The position numbers and the translations under genes were made by a program. Shown piece after piece: positions 46,985 to 56,482 of a stretch of 64,000 bases of DNA. The notes beneath the pieces are model-generated. The model saw nothing but the letters and a program-made list of their open reading frames with translations. It did no database searches and was not told the origin of the DNA. The stretch's first letter is position 1; every line of letters starts with the position of its first letter. Source of the DNA: Phycisphaerae bacterium (GTDB taxonomy: Bacteria; Planctomycetota; Phycisphaerae; Phycisphaerales; Phycisphaeraceae); assembly GCA_963579995.1 (NCBI GenBank), contig CAUZIY010000001.1, positions 1,311 to 65,310 on the forward strand, written 5' to 3'.

Positions 46985-49900
46985 ATGGCCGCGCGGATTA
47001 ACAAGAAATTTCTTCTGATTTTGACAGGCGTGGTTGTGGTGCTCGTCGGTAGCGCCATTGGTATATGGGTTATATGGATCCATGAATCCGTCTCGGATCT
47101 TGTTGCTGCCGGCGATTCATTTTATGAGCGAGGTTTGTATGGCAAGGCTGGTCGTCGTTACGGCAAAGCTATTTTAAGAGACCCCCGGAATGTGGATTTG
47201 TATATCAAGTTTTTTGACGCCAAAAGCAGTGAGCCGGTTGAATTTGGTGCGCCGGCCCGCAAAGCTCATGGTGAACAGATTATGGCACTACGGTCTGCTT
47301 TGCGTGAAGAGCCCGACAACGCCGAGGCCTTTAGTCGGCTCATGCGGCTTTTTATGAAGCGGGGCGTCGAACTGAATGACATTACCGCATGGAATTCGAT
47401 GAAGATCGCTTCCGATAGCGCGCTTAAAGTGGGCGAGATTATCGAGGCGTATAAATATCGTGGTGTGGCCCAAGTGAGTCTATTACGTTCCCAGCTTCCG
47501 ATGTCTGATGAAGAGCGTCGGCAGATACAAGAGGATCTTGAGACCTATATCGAGTCGTTTCCTGATGACATTGATGCCGTGTTTTACCTCGCGCTGGCCC
47601 ACCTGGCAGAGGCAGAGCACCTGGAAGGCAAAGCGGGTGTTCGAGAATCCGATCTTGAGCAATTCCGCCAGCGAGCCCGGGCAATCACGGACCAATTTCT
47701 ACTACGACATCCGGGCAATATTCGTGCCAAGCTCAATCATGCCAGTATGCTTGTTGAATCGAACCGACGGCTAAATGCACGTCCGCTTATTGTGGAAATT
47801 GAGAATGAAATTTTTAATAATCCGGTGACACGTCGTGATGTCCGAACGCTTATTGATTTAATTGCGGGAGTGATGTCTGGTTCACCTGGTAGTAACAGGT
47901 CAGAACAACAGGTTATCGCAGCCAATGCCAGGGTTCGAAAGGTGTTGGATGCGGCAGTGAGGGCCAATCCTGACGATCTTGCACTTAAATACCTCTATGC
48001 CGTAAGCCATTTTGGTGGTGGTGATGGCGCGAATTCACAGGCCATCAAGACGTATGGCGATATTCGTAAGGTTAATGTTTTTACAACACCCATCGACGCC
48101 TACCTGCAGACACGGGTCCAGCAGATGGCTCTAATGCGCGAGGTTGATCTGCGTCTCAACAACGTTGAGCGGTTACAACCCGGTGCTGAACGCGAACAGG
48201 CATTGGGAGATCTTGACCCCTTGGTCGAAGAGATTCGAGCTAACCAAGGTGAAGGCAACGCAGCCTACAACCGTTTGGTGGGCAAATTTCACTATATGCG
48301 GAATGAATGGTTCGATGCCGCTCAGTTTTTGCAAAAAGCTGATGAGCAACACGAGCACAAGCACCCAGAGGTGCTTATGAGATTGGCTGTGGCGTATTCA
48401 AAAATGAATGCCAGTGGCGCAGCCATGCTGAGCCTGGAAAGGCTGCTTCAGCTTCGTGGCATGGAGAATTACAAGACCGCGCAGCTCCAGTTGGCTCGCC
48501 TGTACATCAAACACAAGCAATTTGATGATGCTGAAAAGCTCATCAAATCAATTGAACCTCGCGACAAGAGAACGGATCAGATGTTGGTTCTTCTTGAAAA
48601 ACATCGTGGAAATCCGGACAAGGCCATCGAGCTGTTGCAGAAGAGGAACAGCGAAAAACGTGAGCGAACGCCTCTGGCGATTGCCGAAATGGAATTGATG
48701 GCAGGTCGCAAGGAAAAAGCCCGTGCAATCGTTGAGAAATTCTTCGTGGAGAACCCCGCCGATACAACTGCGCTGAGAATGCTGATTCAGATGAGCAAGG
48801 ACAAAGAGGAAGCAATCAGTTTTGTTGAACGTGCTCGAGAGGGTGGAGGGGATTCGTCCTGGCTGGATCAGATCGAGAAGCAACTGTCGGGCGAGATAAA
48901 ACCGAGGGAAATTATCGAGAAAAAGATCGCAGAATATGAGGATGAATTCGAAAAACATAAGGCTAGGTATTTGCTGCATCTACGTTACGGTGAAGGTGAA
49001 GCAGCGGAATCAGAATTCGCTAAAGCCGCGGAGCTCAAGCCGGACCATTGGTGGATCATTGAGGTTACGATTCAGCGGGCGTTGGCGAAGGAGCGTTGGG
49101 ATGACGCGCGGGCCATTGCAGGCCGGGCCGCGGCGCTCAATCTCGACCGTGCTCAAGGGATGTTCTACTTCAGTCGTATTGAGATGGCGCAAGGCAACTA
49201 TCGCTCGGCCGTCGCCAATCTTCGCGAGGGATTGAAGCAACGGCCTCAATGGGCGCAGGGGTGGCAAAGACTGGGTGATGCCCAGCGGCAGGCGCGAGAA
49301 TTCGTCGGAGCCATGGAGTCATATAAGAAAGCTTTGGAACTTGAACGCGATAACGTCGATGCTCTGCGTGGTTTGGCTGCATCTTACGATGCGCGGGAGC
49401 AGTATGATTTGGCGTTAGCTCAATTGGCCAAGGCGTATGAGTATGCATCTGATAGCCCGATAATCCGGGCGATCTATACCGATTATGCACAGAAACATGG
49501 CGATCCAGAAGAGGTCTTGGTGATCCGGCAGGAGATACGCAAGTCCAAGCCGGAGGATTTTCGTAATCTACATCAGTTGGCGCTGCTTTTGGCCTCCACC
49601 GATGATCATATCCAGGCACGGGAGATCGCGGATCAGTTGATCGAAGATCATGGCGCCAATCGCGTCAGTAAAGCACTGCAGGCAGATGTGGCTTTTGCGG
49701 CCAGTGGTGGCGAAGAGGCCCATCAGATTATGCAAGATTACATGACAGACTTGGGTGTTAAGGCCACGGCCGAAGATTGGCAGTCCTTTGGCCGGCTGTT
49801 GATCAAGATCGGACGTGGTACCGAGGCGATGCAGGCCTTTCAGCAGGCAGTTGAATTGGAAGATCCGGAGACTATGTTGGTGTCGCGTGAACTGGGTATG

Positions 49901-51475
49901 CGCCTGTTCCAGCGTGGTTACGTCCGGGAGGCGGTAGAAATCTATACGAAACTGTATTACTCAAATCCGTCTGATCGATCTGTTGCATCCAATTACATTG
50001 AGATGCTTCTGCCGCTTGGGATGATTGAGAAAGCTGAAGAGGTACTCGCACAGCAGCGTCAGAGTCACGGTGAAAATGAAGTGACTTATCTGCTCGATGC
50101 AATAATCGCCATTAAAAACAATGACAATGGTCGGGCGCGTGCTGCTCTCGATGAGGCGGAGAAGCTTACACCTCAAAATTCGACGATCTATTATCTGCGT
50201 GCGAAGGTATTGGAGAAGATGCCTGGCATGTCTGCTTTGGCCAAGCAGCAAGTGGCCAGGTCGCTTGAGCTTAATCCCATGCAGACACGTCCACGACTTT
50301 TGCTGGCGCGTCTTTTGAAAAGAACGGGTGAGTATCAGAAGGCGATTGCCGAGATGCAGGCCGTACTCAAACGTGACCCCGACTCGGTGGATGCCAAAGT
50401 TGAGTTGGCATTGCTTTATGTGGCAACAGATCGAAACGACCGGGCTCGCCGCTTATTGCTTGAATCAATTGAGGAGATGCCAGGTGAATATCGTTGGCAT
50501 TATCATCTGGGTGAATTGAGTGAAATGGAAGGCAAGATCGTAGAGGCGATCAAGTACTTTGCACAAGCTTTTGACCTGAAACCATCAACCCAGAACTTAG
50601 ACGTATTAGTATCTGCCATGATCAAGGCCGGCCAACTTGACCTGGCCCTGCAGACATTGAGCAGCCAGCAATCCATATTAGATGAGTTTCCTGTACTGCA
50701 ACACCTGCGGGGTTTGGCCCTAGCCAGAGCAAATCAACAAGATGAAGCCAAGGAAGCATTTGCCACCGCGTTGAAGGCTTGCCAAACCATTGACCACGTG
50801 ACGACCGTCGCGAGGAAAATGAGCCAGGGTATCGGCCCGATGGAGGCTCTGTTACTGCTCGAGCAACTGCTTACGGGGGAAAATGAACTTATATTTAGTT
50901 TTGTGATGAGCCAATACCTGGTGGCCACGGCACAGTTTGAGGCTGCCGACGAGCGTCTTCGTCGACTTGATGCGTTGGTGCCTGCTGATGCGCCTTTGCG
51001 TATTGGGATGGACAAGATGCTGGCCATGGTCAAGTACCAAACTGGCGATTACGCCAATTCTCGTGTCGCTTACGAACGTGTATTGCAGCGTAATCCGGAT
51101 GATGTTGGCGCGCTGAATAACGCGGCGTTTTTGATGGGTGATCTGCTGGGTCAGCCGGAAGAGGCGTTGGTTTTAGCACGCCGGGCCAATGAACTTGACC
51201 CTCGCAATCCCGAGGTCCTGGACACGCTCGGGTGGATTGAGCACCTTAACGGGGACTCCCGTGACGCGGCCCGCACACTGCGACGAAGCATGGATCATGG
51301 CCGCACGGCGGCCAACTGCCTGCATTTAGCAAGAGTCCTGCATGCAGTTGATCCGATTGAACACCATGACGAGGTCATGGATCTTCTAAATGTGGCTCAA
51401 GATCAAGGAAAGAAGTCTTTTAACCCAAAGACGGTCAGTCTAGCACGTAAGCTCCAAGATGAATGGAGTGAGTAA
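46985..51475 (+). CDS. Giant TPR-repeat protein (PrsT-like, 1496 aa) with an N-terminal membrane anchor
   Basis: N-terminal TM helix FLLILTGVVVVLVGSAIGIWVIWI followed by TPR-type repeats throughout. It is embedded in the exosortase locus. Confidence 0.8.
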   Translation: MAARINKKFLLILTGVVVVLVGSAIGIWVIWIHESVSDLVAAGDSFYERGLYGKAGRRYGKAILRDPRNVDLYIKFFDAKSSEPVEFGAPARKAHGEQIMALRSALREEPDNAEAFSRLMRLFMKRGVELNDITAWNSMKIASDSALKVGEIIEAYKYRGVAQVSLLRSQLPMSDEERRQIQEDLETYIESFPDDIDAVFYLALAHLAEAEHLEGKAGVRESDLEQFRQRARAITDQFLLRHPGNIRAKLNHASMLVESNRRLNARPLIVEIENEIFNNPVTRRDVRTLIDLIAGVMSGSPGSNRSEQQVIAANARVRKVLDAAVRANPDDLALKYLYAVSHFGGGDGANSQAIKTYGDIRKVNVFTTPIDAYLQTRVQQMALMREVDLRLNNVERLQPGAEREQALGDLDPLVEEIRANQGEGNAAYNRLVGKFHYMRNEWFDAAQFLQKADEQHEHKHPEVLMRLAVAYSKMNASGAAMLSLERLLQLRGMENYKTAQLQLARLYIKHKQFDDAEKLIKSIEPRDKRTDQMLVLLEKHRGNPDKAIELLQKRNSEKRERTPLAIAEMELMAGRKEKARAIVEKFFVENPADTTALRMLIQMSKDKEEAISFVERAREGGGDSSWLDQIEKQLSGEIKPREIIEKKIAEYEDEFEKHKARYLLHLRYGEGEAAESEFAKAAELKPDHWWIIEVTIQRALAKERWDDARAIAGRAAALNLDRAQGMFYFSRIEMAQGNYRSAVANLREGLKQRPQWAQGWQRLGDAQRQAREFVGAMESYKKALELERDNVDALRGLAASYDAREQYDLALAQLAKAYEYASDSPIIRAIYTDYAQKHGDPEEVLVIRQEIRKSKPEDFRNLHQLALLLASTDDHIQAREIADQLIEDHGANRVSKALQADVAFAASGGEEAHQIMQDYMTDLGVKATAEDWQSFGRLLIKIGRGTEAMQAFQQAVELEDPETMLVSRELGMRLFQRGYVREAVEIYTKLYYSNPSDRSVASNYIEMLLPLGMIEKAEEVLAQQRQSHGENEVTYLLDAIIAIKNNDNGRARAALDEAEKLTPQNSTIYYLRAKVLEKMPGMSALAKQQVARSLELNPMQTRPRLLLARLLKRTGEYQKAIAEMQAVLKRDPDSVDAKVELALLYVATDRNDRARRLLLESIEEMPGEYRWHYHLGELSEMEGKIVEAIKYFAQAFDLKPSTQNLDVLVSAMIKAGQLDLALQTLSSQQSILDEFPVLQHLRGLALARANQQDEAKEAFATALKACQTIDHVTTVARKMSQGIGPMEALLLLEQLLTGENELIFSFVMSQYLVATAQFEAADERLRRLDALVPADAPLRIGMDKMLAMVKYQTGDYANSRVAYERVLQRNPDDVGALNNAAFLMGDLLGQPEEALVLARRANELDPRNPEVLDTLGWIEHLNGDSRDAARTLRRSMDHGRTAANCLHLARVLHAVDPIEHHDEVMDLLNVAQDQGKKSFNPKTVSLARKLQDEWSE

Positions 51476-51500
51476 TTACCGTTTGTAGAGAGGGAGTCCG

Positions 51501-53699
51501 ATGACTCAGAATCCCCTAATGCCGGTTTCGTCTGTCAATGTTCAACCCGAATCCCGTTCGGCTGGTGTCACATCCCGATTCAGTCCGGTGGATCACATGC
51601 GACTGTTCCGTCAGTACGTGTGGTTGTGGATTGTCGCAGCCGTGGTGGGTGTGGCCTTGGGCGTGGTTGTTTCACTGCTGTGTAATTATTTTTTACCGCG
51701 GTATACATCCATCTCACGCTTGCAGGTTGCTGGTAGTCTGGCGGAGGTTTTCGATGCGCCACTGGATCCGCACGAGGGTGGGCAACTGGATGCACTACGA
51801 ACATTTATCAACAATATGATTCTTACGATTAAAAGCCCCGTGGTGCTTGACGATACGTTGAAGCGTCCGGATGTCAAAGATACCGAATGGTTCAATTCTT
51901 TTCACAGTGCCGAAGATGCGTATGAGGATCTTTACGAACGAGTGAAGGCTTTTAGACCTCGTGATTCATCAATTATTGAAGTGAAATTCAGCACCCCCAA
52001 GGAAAAGGATGCTGCAATTGTTCTTCAGGCGATCAACCAGGAGTTTTTGCGCGGTTACCGGCGTCAACTGGGAAATCGTGATGACGATTTGCGCCGCATG
52101 ATGTCCACCGAACGCGACCGGGCACTGGAAGAAATGGAAGCTATCAGAAAGGACCTTACCGACTTTTCGGAACAGAATAATATCGCCGTTATCAGAGCTG
52201 AAGGGTCGAAGGAACAGATACATTATCTAACGCTAGTTCAAACCAAAGCTCAGCTTGAAATGTTGCTTGAGATGACCAAGCTAAACTACACCGAAGTGGT
52301 GCGCCAGGGCAATGATCCTCAGCTTAATGAGCGTCCTGAGCGGGCCGCATTCCAGGATCAGGATCCCTTCATTGCTGAAGCCAGGGTAATGATCAAGAGG
52401 TTCAAGGAATTCAAGGCCAACTTGATTGTCAAAGGATTTGGGCCGGAGCATCGCCAGATCAAAGAGATCAATAGGAATATTCTTGTAAAACAAAACGAAC
52501 TCAACCAGTCCCGTACTGAGATGCAGCGCATGGCATCATCCATTCGACTTAGCGCTGGGCAGCAGGAACTCGAGGGTATTTACCGCCAGCTTGCATCGAT
52601 GGGACCGCAGATGGAAGCGGCTGATGCACAGTTGCGAGACCTGAATCTGAAGATTGCTGAATATGAGCAAATGGAGGAGAGATTGGTAGCCACGCAAGCA
52701 CGTCACGACCGCGCCGCCGAGTTACTGGCGGATATCCGCGTCAGGTCGGATCGACCGGATGCGGTACGTGTTTCCGTGCTTCAGCAGCCTACTGTCGCGG
52801 AACTGACGTTTCCCAATTATCCGGTAATGATCAGCGGCGTGTCACTTTTGGTCTTGGCACTGACGGTAGGCTGGGTGTATTTGACGGAAATGCTTGACCA
52901 GCGAATAAAGACACCCACCGATGTTAATCTTGTGCCTGATGTAACGCTTTTGGGTGTTATTCCCATGACCACAGAAGATCTATCGGGCCCTCAGGCAGTG
53001 GAGGGAGTGGTTCAGGAAGATCCATCTGGTTTGATGGCCGAGGCATTTCGCCAGGTCCGTACGGAAATCATGGCTCGGATGGATCGGCGCGGGTACAAGA
53101 CCCTGATGCTGGTGGGGGCTCAAGCGGGATGTGGTACATCAGCAATGGTGAGTAATATGGCCACGAGTTTGTCATTAAATGGCCAAAAGGTTCTGGTGGT
53201 CGATGCAAACTTCCGTCGCCCAAGCCAGGGTCAGCTATTTAATACGCCAACCGCACCAGGCTTGGCGGAAGTGCTTAAAGAGTCAGCCAACTTGGAAGAT
53301 GCGATCAGCCACGTGGATGATGCGAACATCGACTTGCTGCCGGCTGGTGATGGAGAGACGACAGCACCAGAGATTCTCGACAGCGCTGCCTTTCAGAATC
53401 TCTTGGCCAAGCTGGAAAGTGATTACGATGTAATCCTGTTTGATGCACCGCCAGCCCTGGTTGCATCAGACAGCAAGCTCTTGTGTCAACATCTAGATGC
53501 CGTTGCGGTGGTCGTGCGAGCCAAGAGTGAGAAGCGTGGAATGATCAGTCGAATGCTGCGGCAGCTTGAGGGCGATAGGGCGGATCTGCTGGGCTTGATT
53601 CTCAACGGTGTGCAGTCCAGTGCAGGTGGTTATTTCCGTAAGAATTACCAGGCTTTCTACCATTACCGGCAAACAGGTGGTGAATCATTGCCAAGCTAG
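51501..53699 (+). CDS. Polysaccharide co-polymerase (Wzz-type chain-length determinant) fused to a BY-kinase-like P-loop domain
   Basis: Two TM helices flank a long coiled-coil periplasmic region. The C-terminal domain has Walker A' VLVVDANFRRP, Walker B DVILFDAPP and a Tyr-rich tail YFRKNYQAFYHY. The Walker A position reads GAQAGCGTS, with no Lys. Confidence 0.8.
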   Translation: MTQNPLMPVSSVNVQPESRSAGVTSRFSPVDHMRLFRQYVWLWIVAAVVGVALGVVVSLLCNYFLPRYTSISRLQVAGSLAEVFDAPLDPHEGGQLDALRTFINNMILTIKSPVVLDDTLKRPDVKDTEWFNSFHSAEDAYEDLYERVKAFRPRDSSIIEVKFSTPKEKDAAIVLQAINQEFLRGYRRQLGNRDDDLRRMMSTERDRALEEMEAIRKDLTDFSEQNNIAVIRAEGSKEQIHYLTLVQTKAQLEMLLEMTKLNYTEVVRQGNDPQLNERPERAAFQDQDPFIAEARVMIKRFKEFKANLIVKGFGPEHRQIKEINRNILVKQNELNQSRTEMQRMASSIRLSAGQQELEGIYRQLASMGPQMEAADAQLRDLNLKIAEYEQMEERLVATQARHDRAAELLADIRVRSDRPDAVRVSVLQQPTVAELTFPNYPVMISGVSLLVLALTVGWVYLTEMLDQRIKTPTDVNLVPDVTLLGVIPMTTEDLSGPQAVEGVVQEDPSGLMAEAFRQVRTEIMARMDRRGYKTLMLVGAQAGCGTSAMVSNMATSLSLNGQKVLVVDANFRRPSQGQLFNTPTAPGLAEVLKESANLEDAISHVDDANIDLLPAGDGETTAPEILDSAAFQNLLAKLESDYDVILFDAPPALVASDSKLLCQHLDAVAVVVRAKSEKRGMISRMLRQLEGDRADLLGLILNGVQSSAGGYFRKNYQAFYHYRQTGGESLPS

Positions 53700-53786
53700 G
53701 TGGTATGTGGCGGTGAAATCGAAGGCCATGGCCGTGCGTTGGCATCCAGTGCGTCGACGGGTGAAAGAAAAAGGGGTTAATTATCG

Positions 53787-54791
53787 GTGGCCGCCAGGAC
53801 CCTCATCACAGGCGGTGCGGGGTTCATTGGCTCGCACCTAGTGGAACATATCAAGGCGCAGGGACGCGACCTGGTTATCGTTGACAATCTTTCATCTGGT
53901 TTGGAATCCAATATTCAGCATCTGCTTGATGTACATTGCCAACTCATCGCATCCAGCGTTCGTGATGCAGTTGACGAATATCCCAAACTATTTTCCGATA
54001 TTGACGAAGTGTACCACCTGGCTGCTTCGGTGGGCGTACGTACGGCGGTGGCAGCGCCTATTGAAACGATCACCAATAACATCGAAGAAACACGATTGGT
54101 TTTAGAACAAGCCAAGCAGCAAAATGCCAAGGTTCTGATCTGCTCGTCAAGTGAAGTGTATGGCAAGCCCCTGCGGCAGCCAATGTCCGAGAATGATGAC
54201 CTGGTCATCGGTCCTCCCCGATGTTCGCGATGGAGTTTTGCTCTCAGTAAGGCAGTTGCAGAGCAGTTGTCGCTGGCTTTTGCACATCAGCACGGACTGG
54301 CGGTGACTGTGGTGCGGCTATTCAATACCATTGGGCCGCGCCAGGTTGGCGACTATGGGATGGTGGTACCACGTTTTGTCCAGCGGGCGGTACGGGGAGA
54401 TGATCTGGAGATTCATGGCGATGGTTCGCAGCAGCGGGCTTTTTGTGATGTTCAAGACGTGGTCAGCGTGATGCCCCGGCTTCTGGCGTGCGAAGAGAGT
54501 CATGGTCAAGTGTTCAATATAGGTGGTGACACGGAGATCAGCATCGATCAGTTGGCGGATCTTGTCATTGAACTTAGTGGCGGTGATATCAGGAAGCGAT
54601 ATGTTCCGTACGACCAGGCATTCGGCCCTGGTTTTGAAGATCCGGCAAGGCGTATACCTGACTTATCCAAGCTTCGTGAGATCATTGATTACGAGCCTCG
54701 CTATAACCTTAGGCAAACATTGTCGAAGTTGATCCGCCTTGCCAAAAAGGAGTATCGGGCAGCTGTTAGCTCCACGTCGTCGGCACAGTAA
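53787..54791 (+). CDS. NAD-dependent sugar-nucleotide epimerase/dehydratase (SDR family)
   Basis: LITGGAGFIGSHL Rossmann motif and SSSEVYGKP (YxxxK region). GTG start. Confidence 0.85.
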   Translation: MAARTLITGGAGFIGSHLVEHIKAQGRDLVIVDNLSSGLESNIQHLLDVHCQLIASSVRDAVDEYPKLFSDIDEVYHLAASVGVRTAVAAPIETITNNIEETRLVLEQAKQQNAKVLICSSSEVYGKPLRQPMSENDDLVIGPPRCSRWSFALSKAVAEQLSLAFAHQHGLAVTVVRLFNTIGPRQVGDYGMVVPRFVQRAVRGDDLEIHGDGSQQRAFCDVQDVVSVMPRLLACEESHGQVFNIGGDTEISIDQLADLVIELSGGDIRKRYVPYDQAFGPGFEDPARRIPDLSKLREIIDYEPRYNLRQTLSKLIRLAKKEYRAAVSSTSSAQ

Positions 54792-54809
54792 TAAGGACCG
54801 ATTGTTGTA

Positions 54810-56096
54810 GTGAAATCAGATACCCCTGTCAGCACTGAGTACGTCGCCGAGTCGGTCACACAGACTGTTGTGGCGGCACTGGATAATATCCTGTCGCCTT
54901 ATATCGGCGTCTTTTTTATTGCGTGGGCCGTCACTATTGTTTCAACCCCACTCATGCGGCATGTGGCTATTCGGTTTAAGATCATTGATCAACCGGATCT
55001 CGCGAGGAAAAATCATCTTGAGCCGATTCCCTATCTTGGCGGCATTGCGATTTTTTTGGGGTGGTTGGCGGGTGTGCTTTTGTGTGGCAGCGTCAGCCCG
55101 CACCTCGCTCGGTACGGTTTCAAAACGGTACAATTTCCACAGGCGATCGTGTGGGGTGCCATCATTATTACCGTGTGCGGCCTGGTCGATGATGTGATCC
55201 GAATCAGTCCCCGGGTGAAACTCGGCGCCCAACTGATTGCTGCCGGTATTCTCGCTTCCAATAACACCGCAGGTACCACGCTGATGCACAGTGTGTTGAC
55301 GGCACTGCATTTACCTGATCCGGAGTTGATTGCTGGATTGCCATATACACTGAGCTATGCACTGGGCGCGGTGGTGATCGCTTTGTTTGTGCTGGGTGCC
55401 TGTAACGCCGTCAACCTGCTTGACGGACTTGACGGTTTGGCCACTGGGGTCTTGGGTATTGCATGCCTTGGGTTTCTGGTGATCTCCTGTTACGTGGCAG
55501 TGGCCATCAGCAACCCCGATGCGGATCCTTCAACGGCCGATCTAATGAGTGATCCGGTACGGGTTGTGATGTGTTTGGCCATTCTCGGTGCCCTGCTCGG
55601 GTTTCTGCCTCATAACTTCAATCCTGCCAATATCTTTATGGGCGATGCCGGATCCATGTTGCTGGGCTATCTGAGTGCTACAACCATTCTTTTATTTGCT
55701 CACGGGTTGACCATGGGGCCGCAACTTGTGTGTGCGGCGCTGATCATCTTTGCCTTGCCCATTACGGATACGGCGTTGACCATCTTCCGAAGACTGATGG
55801 CCCGCCAATCAATTATGGAAGGTGACAGCCAGCACCTACACCACCAAATCGCCCGGGGTTTCACAAATTGGGGTTTTGGTCACCAGATGAGCGTCAAATT
55901 GACGGTTTTGACGATGTACGCCCTATCGCTCATCTTCGCCATGTTGGGATGTGCCTTGGTGTTTCTCCGATGGCGATTTGTGATCGTTGTCTTTGCGGTG
56001 GTCTTTGGTTTTGTTGTTGTCACGGCCTATAAGTCTGCGTACAGAAATGTGTTATTGCTAAAAGGGGAGGGTAGAGTGAGTGTGGGTAATCCCTAA
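54810..56096 (+). CDS. Polyprenyl-phosphate sugar-1-phosphate transferase (MraY/WecA family, GT4)
   Basis: NLLDGLDGLA and MGDAGS motifs in a roughly 10-TM protein. GTG start. Confidence 0.85.
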   Translation: MKSDTPVSTEYVAESVTQTVVAALDNILSPYIGVFFIAWAVTIVSTPLMRHVAIRFKIIDQPDLARKNHLEPIPYLGGIAIFLGWLAGVLLCGSVSPHLARYGFKTVQFPQAIVWGAIIITVCGLVDDVIRISPRVKLGAQLIAAGILASNNTAGTTLMHSVLTALHLPDPELIAGLPYTLSYALGAVVIALFVLGACNAVNLLDGLDGLATGVLGIACLGFLVISCYVAVAISNPDADPSTADLMSDPVRVVMCLAILGALLGFLPHNFNPANIFMGDAGSMLLGYLSATTILLFAHGLTMGPQLVCAALIIFALPITDTALTIFRRLMARQSIMEGDSQHLHHQIARGFTNWGFGHQMSVKLTVLTMYALSLIFAMLGCALVFLRWRFVIVVFAVVFGFVVVTAYKSAYRNVLLLKGEGRVSVGNP

Positions 56097-56374
56097 TCAG
56101 CTCCCGCAGATCTGGATGTGGTCCCCGGCCAGATCCCTCAGATGCAGGGCATGTTGCCGCTTTCAAGTCATCCTCAACTGGATCAACTAAAAGTAATTGC
56201 TCCCGAGCAGCGGATGGTATCGAATGCCATGTACCTGCTCCTGGCCATGGTGATTTTGGTTGCAGTCAGATCATTCAACGCTATAATCGCCCTTCTGGTT
56301 CGTTTAGGACGGTATGGCTGTGGTCTGGTAGTGGTCTTAGGAAAACTGCCTGCCACCAAATGGTTGAGGTTGAA

Positions 56375-56396
56375 GTCGGTCAGCGACCGACTTTTT
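56375..56396 (+). terminator. Intrinsic terminator (or attenuator) 87 nt upstream of rpsB
   Basis: GTCGGTC (56375-56381) and GACCGAC (56385-56391) form a perfect 7-bp stem with loop AGC, followed by TTTTT (56392-56396). Confidence 0.6.
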
Positions 56397-56482
56397 GCCA
56401 AATGTACTACCCAATGTACCTGGTTACGCCAAACTAAGTGGTGAGACTGGGCGGTGTGTAGTAAACCAGACAGGATTGATAG

